A stretch of 64,000 bases of DNA from the human T2T-CHM13v2.0 reference genome, Homo sapiens. The stretch is taken from assembly GCF_009914755.1 (NCBI RefSeq), contig NC_060935.1. One strand, written 5' to 3'. Below the pieces are notes generated by a model. The model was not told the DNA's origin. It did no database searches and saw only the letters and a list, made by a program, of their open reading frames with translations. This document shows positions 13,194-26,278 of the stretch, piece by piece (the first letter of the stretch is position 1; each line of letters begins with the position of its first letter). A program made the translations under genes and the position numbers.

Positions 13194-15434
13194 CTGCAAC
13201 AAGCAGGAGCACATTTCATAGTAAAAAAGACAGACAGGAATATTCCTCCACAAGAAGCATTAGAAGTTAATCCAAAGCACTCAATGAAATAGTGCCAGAG
13301 CTCACGAAGGCTTGATGGCAAACAGATCCCTGCCTGGATGGAAGTGAGACACGTCTAACTGGCCAACAGAAGTTGGCTTGACAATGAAGTGGCTGAATTT
13401 TGAACCTAAGAATAGCCATTGAAGAGAAGAGAGAAAGTAGATCTAGCTCACAAAGATGAGATCACTTTTCCTTGCTTCATTCTACTCGGTAGAAGAATTT
13501 ATTTTCTCCATGTTAATTTATTCATCTTTTCCCTCCAAATTTCCAAAATACAAGTCAGAGGAAATGAGCCCTAAGGACTATTCCTAGAGATGAACCTGGG
13601 GAGATATTCAGAAGGACTCTGTGCATGTCTCTCGATCTCACAGGCCCCAGGTTTGAGACTTTCTTCACTACAGGTCACAGAAAACTGATCCTTCCATTTG
13701 AGGATAAATGAATTCCAAAACCACCCTTTCCCTCTCGCTTGGTGACTATAACTCAATCATCAGAGAAGAAAAACTGATGTTGTCCTTGGGGAACCAACAT
13801 TCTGTGGAGGATGAAGAAATAAAACCACATGAAATGTTTAGTTAGGGAGGGAAAAAGCAAGGCAAAAAATAAAAACAGAAGAGTCTCACAAGACGAAGAG
13901 TTCCCAAACTGATGGCTTTTATTCGGAAGATCTTTCAGACCCAGCACTTAGTTAATACCATCAATAAGATATTGTCCCTCTTTGTCTGGTGGATGACTTC
14001 CTCCACCGCTGCTGCTCTTCTGGAGGCATGAATAAAAGAGGCACTACACCTTTTTTATTACATCAAAACTGATGGGCATTATACCCTTGAAATGTTGGTC
14101 TAAAGAAGAAAGAAGGTAGACCTGGAGGAAGGAAAGTCTAAGACAAAGAAGATAAAATATTGCTGTCTCTTTTAAGGTAGAAAGGCAGTAAATTTCCTGA
14201 TTTCTCATTTCTTCATGACCCAGTAGGGCCCATTTGTAACCTTATATACCCTCTTATCAGCAAACTATAGAAACAACAGCATCAAGGAAAAAAAAAAGTT
14301 ACCAGAATTTTCCTTCTATTGGCCAAGCTGTAGAAGGAGCTGGCCCACCTGCCAACACCCCTGTTTGCCATGGTTTTCTTTCCACATAGGACCAGCTGCT
14401 TTCTGAATAGCAGCTCTCACACAGAGCTACTGGGGATAGGATGAGAGTCCTAGCCAGCAACTGGCAGGTTCTTAAAAAATGGTCTCATTTCATTCTTAAC
14501 TATCTTGCCCCTTTCAGCTAAAATCAGTTAACAGACTGTAGAGTAATCAGTGTTATGTGAACTTGCCAAAGAGTAAGCCATTAATGTTTTAATAACCATT
14601 GGATAAAGACACCCAAAGTTCCCCAAAAGCCCATGAAAACCATTTTATTTCAACTTCCCTCAAAGGAAAAAACATATAATCTTGAAGAACACCTGTATTT
14701 CTGGGAAAATACATGCTGGATTCTGGTGAAACCCCCTCCCCGGATAATAAGAAAATCAACTCCCACAAGGGGGCATGCATGGAGCTAAGGACCAGGGCTA
14801 ACGGAACTGAGGCCAAATGAACAGTACAGCATGCCTGATGGTCACTGCCGTTCTCTGTGAGTTAGGCATCTCTCAACAAGGTTCTGTAAACAATGGATAT
14901 TTGCATCTGTCCCTGGCCCGAATCCCATATTCTCTTTTTCAATATCTCTTTGTTGGTACAAGGGGGTGGAAGAAGCACACAGCAAACAGTACAAGAGGTA
15001 TTCATTCTCCTGGAAAGGAAAAGTCCATGCCAGAGGTCCATGGCCAGACTAGCTAGGATCACTGTCATCCCACATCTCCAATTCCTTTTCAGTAAACAGT
15101 TCTTGGCAGGTACGAGCAGGCTTTGTGCCTTGTGAATACTATCAGAGTTGCAATATGAAGGCAGGGGACAAGGAAGAAGGAGGGAGGAAAGAAAAAGTTC
15201 TTATGGTTATTGCTGTCACTTAGGGGACTTCCAATGGTGCTTACAGAAATGACATTTTCTGGGTAGTCTTCTGTTACTTCCATGTGGGGTGGAACATGCC
15301 ATCTGGCTTGAGCAAAGAGACCACACAAATGTTGAAGCTGCACTCTACCACCTCCTTGGGCAGAGGTGACCTTTCGCTGGTTGCAGGGGAGCCTGCCCAG
15401 GGGCTTCTGCAAGCACTGCCAGATGTCACATTAC

Positions 15435-15505
15435 CTCTGCACAGCTTCCTGGTCTGGCTCCCCGTCTGAGCTCTCCTCGTCCACAGGGGTAACTGCTGGC
15501 ACTGC
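15435..15505 (-). CDS. SIK3: SIK3 exon 14: AVPAVTPVDEESSDGEPDQEAVQ(R/S)
   Basis: cttcag| acceptor and AG|gtaatg donor; 71 nt, phase 0 to 2. Confidence 0.95.
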
Positions 15506-15714
15506 CTGAAGAGAGACAGGAAGGAAAAGCTCAAGGTGGCAGCTTATTCTGTCATGCCTCTTACTCTAGTAACTGGGCTTGGGGCAGGACTTTCTGTTAA
15601 CTTTCTTATTTACAGAACTTTTCTAGACTCCTGGGTTATACAGGATTTTCATATACCTATTTTTCCATTTTTACCTTGCTTAGGTAATACTAATTAGAAT
15701 TTCTTCCTCTTATT

Positions 15715-17400
15715 TATCTTCATTCATTCATTTATTAATCTAACAAATAGCCAAATGCTTACTGTTACAGGATAAAATGTGAATTTACAGACATAGACCT
15801 TGCCCTCATTTTACAGTCTAGTAGAGGATAGAGACAAGTAAACAATTACAAAATAGCATGATCAAGTCTTCTAATGGGGGTGTTTGGGAATTAAGGAAGG
15901 CATCCTGGAGGAGGTAGCACCTAGCAGGAACCTGAAGGATGCACAGGAGCTGGTCAGGCCAAGAGGGACAGGAGTTACAGGTTTCCAGGCAGAAGAAAAG
16001 AGAAGGCCTGTAGGTGTTTGAGGACCCGAAAATACAGTAGAAGATTGTTTACCTGAAATGTCTAGGACTTGACCTGTTGTTTCATATTAATGTGATTTCC
16101 GGAGTTTAAATGTCTTAACTCCAGGAAAGCATAGTGAATTACTGAAATTACATTTTGGTACATAAGATACAATTGTGTAGTATCAATTCACTGCTTTAAA
16201 ATAGTTGTTACTCGCCAAAACATGTGAGTGAAATGAGAACCACCACAATGCTTGTATCACTGTGACTTTCCCATCTGCATCCTTGCTAGCTACCCATAGC
16301 CTGGGTGCCCACATCATCACCATGCCCCAGTCACTAGAACAAAAATCACACTTCAATTATTATAAAAGAGTATTTTACAAAATGGCTAATTACAAAACAA
16401 AACAAAACAAAACACTCCTGGAATAATTTTGTCGGAAAGCTCCCAGGGTTCCTGGATCCCTTCCCACAGTTCTACAAGGGTGGAGTGAACAGGGTGAGGC
16501 AGGAAGTGGCTGTAGATGAGGCAGGAGAGGAACGCTGTGGCCAGTGACAAATGGTCTTGAATAACACACTAAGAAGTTTGAGGAAGAACAGTGGTGAATC
16601 ACTAAAGGATTTTAAGCAGGGGCATGATGTTATAAAGATTTATATTTGCAAAAGCCAGCTTACTCTAGCTGCAGTGTGAAAAGGGCTGGTGGCAGGGATC
16701 AGGGGACATGACTGGAAGCAAAGAAGTCAGTTAGGATGCCGTGGTGTTCATCTACACAATGGATGACAGTGACCTGAGTTAAGGAAAGGAAAGTGGAGAG
16801 GATGTTTCATTCACAGGCACTGGACAACTGACTTGATATGGCAAATAAGAAAGACAAGAGTTAAAGATAAAATTCACATCCCTAGCTTGTGTAACCCGGA
16901 GAATGACAGTGCCATTCACTGTCACCCAAGAGGAGGAGCAGGTTTTACAGAGTCATGGTAAGTTCATTTGGGACATGCTGAATTAAAGTTGTGAATACTT
17001 GTGGAATAACCAACTAAATCTATCCCATAGGCAGTCATGTACACGTATGTGTAGAACTCAGAGGAGCATTCTGGGCTGGAGAATCAGAGAGTAACTGAAA
17101 TTACAGGAGTGGACAAACTCATCCAGAGAGAGTACATCAAAGGACATGGGAATAGGGCCTAGGATAAAACTCTGGGTTTTGCCAACCTCAAGGAACAAGC
17201 AGAAAGGAAATGTGAAAAGGAGAGGTGGGGGAAAACACAGGGAATGTGGTGCCACAGACACCAAGAACAGAAAATATTTCAAGGAAAAAAGAAGTCAACA
17301 GTGATTAATACAGTTGGGACGTCCAAAAAGATAAAAGGTTAAAAATGTCCACTGAATTTATCAACAAGAACTTGTTAGCGACCTTGGCAAAAACAGTTAC
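15715..17400. mobile_element. Fragmented L2 relics
   Basis: cattcattcattt end repeat, gaccttgccctca...acagtctagt, ggattttaagcagggg, gacatgctgaatt and ttagcgaccttggcaa motifs. Boundaries approximate. Confidence 0.6.
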
Positions 17401-18584
17401 AGTAGACACAGTAAGTCACCCCACGTCCCATAAAGCTGACCATGATCCTTCCAAACCTGTCTTGCCCATCTCTGAATGCCTCTGCCACCTAATTTTCCAT
17501 GTTATTACTGTGGTACTTAATCACATATGATCTTGTACTATTAGTCAAATACTTCACATATGTTGATCTTGTCAGTGATGGCAAGGGCTATGATATATAA
17601 TTCTTTCATTACTGAAAGTGTGGCCCATGGACCCATGCCCACAAACTGTTTTGTTACCAATTCATGATAAGGTAAGTACAGAAATCAACAAAAGGCTTTC
17701 AGAAACTTTTAGCAATTTAAAAAAATAAATAAAGAGACACTTTTAGCAATTTAACAGAGTAATTTTGTCTGTTGAACTCAATAAAAAATGCCTTGTATTT
17801 TATATGTGTTTAAATTTTCACTGTTCTAATGTTTCACTTTTACTATATTTTACAAGGGATTAACCCATGATGGATTAAAGGAGGGAAAAGGGTCCTCAAA
17901 GCAGCACTGCCCTTACAACATCTCCAAGGGTGATGGATATATTTACTACCCAATCTTATGGTACTATGAGATTGAATGAATAAATGAATGAATGAATGAC
18001 CTATGACAGGAAAATAAACAGAACCCAAGGGAGAAAAAAAATCTCTGAATGTGACTATCATATGAAGGACATGTGACTAAGATAACTGACTCGGCTAAAG
18101 CTGTGGGAGCAAATCATCAAGTGATCCAGGTTATGCCAAACATGTGAGGTGTGTTTATCAATGGAGAAAGCATTAGTGAAAAGGCAATTTTGGAAGCCAG
18201 TCTAGAAACCAATTAATTTAAGGGCACTTTGGCCTTCTGGCAGGGAAAGGTTGCCTGGGAGAAGGCTCTGAGTTAGGCTGCTACCTGCCCCAAGCTGGCA
18301 GGAGTGCAGCTGGACTTAACCAGGGTACCTGTGAGCGCCCATTGAGGAAAAAGCTCTCCAGGAGTGGAGTTCAATGTAGAAATAACTTGGCTAAGTAAGT
18401 AAGTTCGCCAAAAATAAAGTGTGGAAAACTCTACTGGCCTGAAGAAAATGGGCTGGAGCATCCTAAGTTTGGAGAAAAAGGAAATTCAGACATGTAGGTT
18501 GGCCCTGGGTTCCCAACCCCAGGCTCACAACCTTTTTATCAAAAGCCTCTGAGACAGTGAATTGGGCTCTGTGCTGCTACTCAC

Positions 18585-18740
18585 TGGTGTCATGGTGACA
18601 AGCGGAGAGGGTCCCCGTGGGCGCTTCAGCAGCTGCTGGGCATGCAGTTGGATGTTGGCTCCTCCATCTGATGCCCTCCGGCCAAGGGGGCCCATTCCAT
18701 TCAACAGCTGTAGCGTGGGCGGCTGTAGGAGAGACTGCTC
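18585..18740 (-). CDS. SIK3: SIK3 exon 13 (52 aa): EQSLLQPPTLQLLNGMGPLGRRASDGGANIQLHAQQLLKRPRGPSPLVTMTP, PKA site RRAS (S551)
   Basis: tggcag| acceptor and CCA|gtgagt donor; 156 nt, phase 0-0. Confidence 0.97.
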
Positions 18741-19006
18741 CTGCCAGGAACAGAGTGGGGAGGACGGACCATGAGATGAGGGGAAGGCGGGGAGAAAGGG
18801 GCAAGCCACTCATCTATGGAAATTAAGGGAGCCATGGGTCATGACAGAGACTAGAGGACGCTTCCCGCTCACCCGAGCTACTTTGCAAGATAAATCATCT
18901 TTCTCTATAAGTAAACCCTTAAGTCCTAGGGAAGGTGCCTCATAGCCTCTCAAAGGAAGCTCAAGTTTGTTTCTTCTGGAGCCAGCCCTCTTCCATGTCT
19001 AGGTAC

Positions 19007-19160
19007 CTTGTACTCAAGTTGCCCGGTTGGTTGCAAGTTTTGCATAGGCAACAGGTTGTGCATGAAGTTCACATTAGGGGCCACCTGCAGGAATGGAGCC
19101 TGGGGGTTGACTCCAGGAAAGCCAGGTAGGAGCTTCTGCAGATCTTCCATAACTTCCGTG
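19007..19160 (-). CDS. SIK3: SIK3 exon 12: TEVMEDLQKLLPGFPGVNPQAPFLQVAPNVNFMHNLLPMQNLQPTGQLEYK
   Basis: tatcag| acceptor and AAG|gtacct donor; 154 nt. Confidence 0.96.
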
Positions 19161-20261
19161 CTGATACAAAACAGAATGACAGAGAAGTTTAGTTAACATT
19201 CTTACTCAAAAGTGCTTATATCCCAAAACTGATGGCATTGCTATGTTCAGTACAACTTATTTTATTTTCTTCCTGAATTTATGTTTCTCTTTAAGATCCT
19301 AAAGCAAAGCAAAAGCCTAAAGTGTGGAATTTAACTCTCTGCTCCTTTACTATTTGGGACGAAGGATTGCTATTCTTTATTGGCCATTCATGTAAAACCA
19401 ACAGCTCTGAGCCAAGAGGAAATAGTGGCACCAGTCCAGTTCAGGTTTTCAAATCCTGGAGGTGAACACCAAGTTTCTGGAGAACATGGGCCATCCACTA
19501 AGATAATGGCTGCCTGAAGTAGCAACTGATTCACCAGGGAAAGAATGCAATTACTCTTGTCAGTGCTGATAGGACAGATAAGTACTAGATGTACAGGGCT
19601 ATCTTGCTACAATGATAGGTTTTACAGCATACTTTAAAGTAAGACATCTTTCCACTAACAGAGCGACTCAGGGCTCCACCCCTTTAAAGCTATCTCAGTC
19701 TGTGGAGCCAGAATGTTCCCCTATTGCCTATTTGATCATAGGCTGAGAACAAGAGACATAAAGCAAGCACATCAGCAGGCATGGGAGTCTTTTTTGGAAA
19801 TTCACTGGAAGAAAAGAGATATTTATAAGAAAACCAGCTTTGCCCTGATTTGACCTCTCAGGAGAATTCTTGCCACAACCTTCTCTTCCTACTCAGCAAA
19901 GAAAAAATCCAGAAAAGAGGTAAGGCTATTTTAATGTTGAGAGTCTTCAACCGTGGAACAAAAATGGGGCGAGCTGGCCTTCAGTCCATTTTTTCCAGTG
20001 TGCAGGCAGCAGGGAACATCATGAAAGACTATTTTGGGAAAACACTTTGGGAAACTGTTGTTATTGGATTTTGGATCCTTATTCATTTAAATTTTAATTG
20101 TCTACATACATAAGTTACATCATATCATTTGTCCACTTGGCCACTGGATTAGATCTCCTCTGGGGATACAATGTAGTAGGAAATGTGCCATGGTAGACAC
20201 TGAAAGTCAGGTGACAATTCTTTGCCCCAGTGTTAGTGAGGGCTGTTGGCCGGATACTCAC

Positions 20262-20371
20262 CGTGGGTCAGCCACACCCACTGTGTGCCTCCTCATTGAC
20301 AAATAGCGCACCAATGCTTCAGGGGAAGGCTCTTCACCCTCATCACTGTCCAAATTCAGTGTCCCATCCGG
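20262..20371 (-). CDS. SIK3: SIK3 exon 11: PDGTLNLDSDEGEEPSPEALVRYLSMRRHTVGVADP(R), PKA site RRHT (T469)
   Basis: cctcag| acceptor and CG|gtgagt donor; 110 nt. Confidence 0.96.
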
Positions 20372-20477
20372 CTGAGGTGGAGGGAAACACCATCGAGTTA
20401 GAAATCAGAAGGAAGGGAAGCAAGGATATGGCAAAGAAAGTGGTTTCAGCTGACAGCTCCCACAGGTTGCTACTTGC

Positions 20478-20555
20478 CTCCACAATTTGGTTCTCTGGGT
20501 TGATCAGCTGCACCTGGGGAACGCTGATGTTCATAGCAGTACCTGCCTGCTCCGC
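20478..20555 (-). CDS. SIK3: SIK3 exon 10: AEQAGTAMNISVPQVQLINPENQIVE
   Basis: ttccag| acceptor; non-canonical GAG|gcaagt (GC) donor; 78 nt, which keeps frame with exon 11. Confidence 0.93.
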
Positions 20556-20933
20556 CTGGAAAGCAGTACATACATATACACGCATACCTTTAACACTAGA
20601 GAGAAATAATGAGTCTTTCCAAGTAGTCTTGATTGCTAAAGTCTATGTTTCCCTGATTACTAAAGTTTTTGGTTCATCGGCCCTTAGAAGTCACAACAAG
20701 GAAGCATCCTGTGAAGAGGATAGCATCGCCTCATGATTTGCTATTTCTTCAAAAAAACAAAAGGCACAACTATTGTTGCTCATCCCTCCTCTCCATCAAA
20801 AAAGGTTCAGATCTTTGATTGGCCTCTGACAAAGGAAGAGATGACAAATGGGAGGAGACAGAGGTAAGGAAGAGCAAGAAACTCTCGACTTAGGGTTAGT
20901 GAGCAACAGCTAACCTTTACCCCCCTGGTGTTA

Positions 20934-21113
<180 letters not shown>

Positions 21114-21116
21114 CTA

Positions 21117-21581
<465 letters not shown>

Positions 21582-21943
21582 TCAGACAAAGTCTAAGGAA
21601 GAGAGCCCTGAGTGATCAGCTGTAAACAGACAACAACTCACTGTTTCCTGAGCTCCCTGGCATACCTGGCATGGCCATAGTGGTTTAAATAAAAGCATGC
21701 TACAGAAGCCACTGAATTGAGCACACTAAGACAAGAGGAAGGCGACATCCCCATGGTAGGTAAGCTGCAGAACTGCAGGCTGTGCTATCTCAAAAGCCAA
21801 AAACAGACGATAATTTGGGGACACATGGTAGGGAACCATGATCACTATTCTCCAGCAGTTTAACTGGTTTTACATTCCTTCTTGCTTGCTTCACGTGCTG
21901 CTTTAGTGTTACATAATAGTTTGTTCCCAGTGTCCGCCTTTCA

Positions 21944-22234
<291 letters not shown>

Positions 22235-23491
22235 CTATCCAACTCCCTGCTTCTAATTTTGTCTCTCTTGCTCTTTGATCCTTACCTATTCTGTTGCTTA
22301 TGCCACCAGAAGGGGCTAAGCAAAGGCAGAGAGAGGTGGAGAAAAAGAAACTCAAGTGTGGTAGTCTGGTTGTTGCCTTCACCAAAAGGCTGACCAGAAA
22401 AGGTCTGGGGATAATCCATGGATTTCATTTATTTATATTATGTATATGGCCCTATTTAACACAAGTAATGAAGAGTAGAATGGCCTCTAAAGAGATTCAG
22501 TATCTTACAAGGTTCTCAAAATATTCAGTTCTATCCTCCTAAATGTACCACCACGCGCATACTAATGCTTTTGGCTTAGGTGTGCAATACCCTTCTTCAA
22601 AACTCAGGGAACTTGAATTTCTGATGGCACAAGGTGTGTGGGGAGAGAGCCACAGGCTACTTCTCTCCTATGCCCTGGGATTCAGCTAGCCTTATTTATC
22701 ATTTTCTTCTCAATGTTATTTAAATAGTCATAGGTATTTAAAACTGGGCTGTGAGCTACAGATATTCAGATCTATAGAAATTTTTCTCTGGGAGCTCGTA
22801 TTACAGATTACATTGCAGAAAGAACAATGGATTCAAAATCAAGAAACGTATATTCTGATTTCAAAACCACCCTCTATTTCTAAGTTTTCTCATCTATAAA
22901 ATGTGGCTACTGAGGGTGATGAGAGTAATAGTTGTGATGAAGGCAGTGATGATGATACCAAAACAGCACTATTGATGCATCTTCTGAGCATTTTACAATT
23001 ATTATTTCCTCATTTAATCTACACAGCAATCCTAGGAGGAATGTACTATCATTGTTCCCATTTTAGGAATAGCAAAAACCAGGCACAGGGAGGTAAAGAA
23101 ACTTGTCAAGGTCACATGGCTATTAAGTCAAACCAGATAGCCTGACTCTTCACCTGGTTCTCTTAACCACAATGCTACCCTGCCCCTGTGGTGCAGAGTT
23201 GTTGGGGGATCCAAATCCCCCAACACTAATTCAGCACTGAACCATTAGTTCAACATCTTTATCCAAGCCACCATTTCTGACTTACACGCTGCAAAAGTGT
23301 CCTACCCGGTCTTTCTGCTTCCATTCTTTCTCCATTACAATCTGTTTTCTATAGAGAGGCAAAAGGAATTTTTCCAAAGCATAAATTTGGGCATATCACC
23401 ACTTTGCCTGTAACTCTCCAATCTCTTCCCATAACCCTCAGAATGAAATCTAAAGTCCTGGGCCTCCAAGGCTCCTACTTCTCTCTCTCCC

Positions 23492-23789
23492 TTTTTTTTT
23501 TTTTTTAACATAGAGTCTCGCTCTGTCACCCAGGCTGTGGAGTGCAGTGTGCGATCTCGGCTCACTGCAACCTCCGCCTCCTGGGTTCACGTGATTCTCC
23601 TGCCTCAGCTTCTCCAGCAGCTGGGATTACAGGCCTGTGCCACCACGCCCAGCTAATTTTTGCATCTTTAATAGAGGCGAGGTTTCACCATGTTGGCCAG
23701 GCTGGTCTCGAACAACTGACCTCAAGTGATCCGCCTGCCTCAGCCTCCCAAAGTGCTGGGATTACAGGCGTGAGCCACCGCGCTTGGCC
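23492..23789 (-). mobile_element. Alu (AluSx/Sz-like) inserted in an L2 relic
   Basis: Reverse full Alu; TSD-like cctacttc(t/c)ctctct. Confidence 0.92.
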
Positions 23790-25938
23790 CCCTACTTCCC
23801 TCTCTGACCTGGTTTCCTGCCACTATGCACATTTCTAGTTTTTGCACATGTTTAACACACTCTCATCCAATGGCCTTTACATGTGTTTTTTTGTTTGTTT
23901 TTTCCTTTAGTGGAAATGGCCATTCCTCAGATCTTCATATGATTGGCTCCTTGTCATTCAGGTAAGAGTTTAAACGTCACTTCCTCAGAAAGCTCTTCTT
24001 TAACCATCTACTCTAAGATGGGCCTCCAGTCACTCTCTATTACATCACATTCATTGTCTTCACGCAAATGATTTCTTTGGGAAACCATCTTGTTTATGTA
24101 TTTACTTATTGTCTGACTCCTCCACTGCAATGCAAGGCCCATGTCTTTCTTTCTGTTGTACCCAGTATCAACTCTCCAGTACCTAAAATGGTTATTATAT
24201 CTAGACACTTAGGAGCTGCATAAATATCTACTGAATATGTAAATAAATATTTGTTGAGTATTTAATCAAATAAGATTGTAATTGTGAAAATTTTTTTAAA
24301 ATAAAATTTTCTATAGGTTTTTAAATTTTCTGCTTCTATTTAATCACAACCGTCCTGAAAACAAAACTGGTCAGTGAAAATAACAACAACAGTAAGACAT
24401 TATTACAAAAAACTACTTTTGATATACCAAGCACTGTGCTTACCAACTTTATTACATTTAACCTTCACAACAACCTTAACTTAGAGACTATAATTAGCTC
24501 CACTTATAAATGAAGAAGAAACAAGATTTTGAAAGTTAACATATTCAACATGGCAAAGAAATGGTAAAGTTGGGACTTCTAAGCTGTGCTCTTGACTACC
24601 CTATTATACATCTCCACATGGATATAAATTGATCTACTTTTCTAGGGTGAATTCAACTCTTCAATTTCTATACCATTTGGCAAACACCATTCTATATTAC
24701 TGTTGTGAAAAGAATACTACAAGTAACTAAGATAAATTACTCTTATTTTAATTTACTCTAACTTCAAAAGATAATACAACAAAGTTCCTATATCAAAATG
24801 ATTTCTTACATCAGGCATCAATTTGTTGTTGCTTTACAATTAAAACTATATTCAAATGCAGTGTACATCTCAAAGACTTCTACATTCCTATAGAATAAAG
24901 TAAATGCCATCTACAACAGTACGCTTTATTAAAATTACATTTCCAGAGTAGTAAGGCTAGAGCCACAACTGTAGCAGCACCTGTATAGATTATAAATGTC
25001 ATTGACACATATGTTTATCGTTTGCAGTTACTTAAGAGGACAAAAGTGTTCTTAATTTAGGAAGTTGTTAAAGACTCCTGTGTAGGGAGAAGGCTAGGAC
25101 CAAACTGTTGTTAAGGCCTCTAGATGGCACTCTCCTGTTTTCCTTTGGTCTCCACACACAATTTAGTGCATAAGATGACCAAAGCTGAATGGTGTTCAGT
25201 TACAGGCTTGCTTTAAAACAGATTTTTTCCAAGGCAATTTCCTTAAAAGCAAACAACAATAACAACACCACCACCACACACACAACCAAACCAAAAACAG
25301 TACCATAATAATTCCTAATTAGAAGATATATCTAGTTCAATTTCAGGATCTTGAAACCTCTATTCAGTCATCCTTAACCATTATTTGGCCTCAGATGCCT
25401 TGAAAATTCTCCAAAAAAAAAAAAAAATCTGCACAAGAATTTATACACAAGACCTTGCATGTAACTTTAGACTACTCAACGATGTCCTATGAAGCCTGCA
25501 TAGATCCCCCAGACCCTGGTGTCTACAGGCCCCAGATTAAGAACCAAAACAATTCTTGGTTACAGTGTCAAGGGCAAGAGCTTTTTAATCTTGACTATCC
25601 TACATAATATCGAACGTGCCAAGGAACAGAAATTTAACATTTTTCATATGTGGTGCAGATGGAAAATATGACAAAATGCAGAAAGCTAGAGTATCATCAT
25701 CAATTCATATTTCCTAAGTGTCATGTAGTTCATGAAATTAAATTCAGATGAGATTTGAAGACACCATTCTACATAAAACATGGAAACAGGGTGAAAACGA
25801 GGGGAATAGATGCTCTCAAACCTAAGAACACAATCACCCACAGGACATTCAATTTACAAGCATGGAAAGATGGAGCCCTCACATTAAACAAAACATCAAC
25901 TTTTCCAGATACCAAGAACTACTCTATTTTATTGTCTA

Positions 25939-26278
<340 letters not shown>

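Noticed and set aside
20230-20736. 168-aa plus-strand ORF
   Set aside because: It is an antisense shadow over SIK3 exons 10-11 with a non-ATG start and no recognisable domain.
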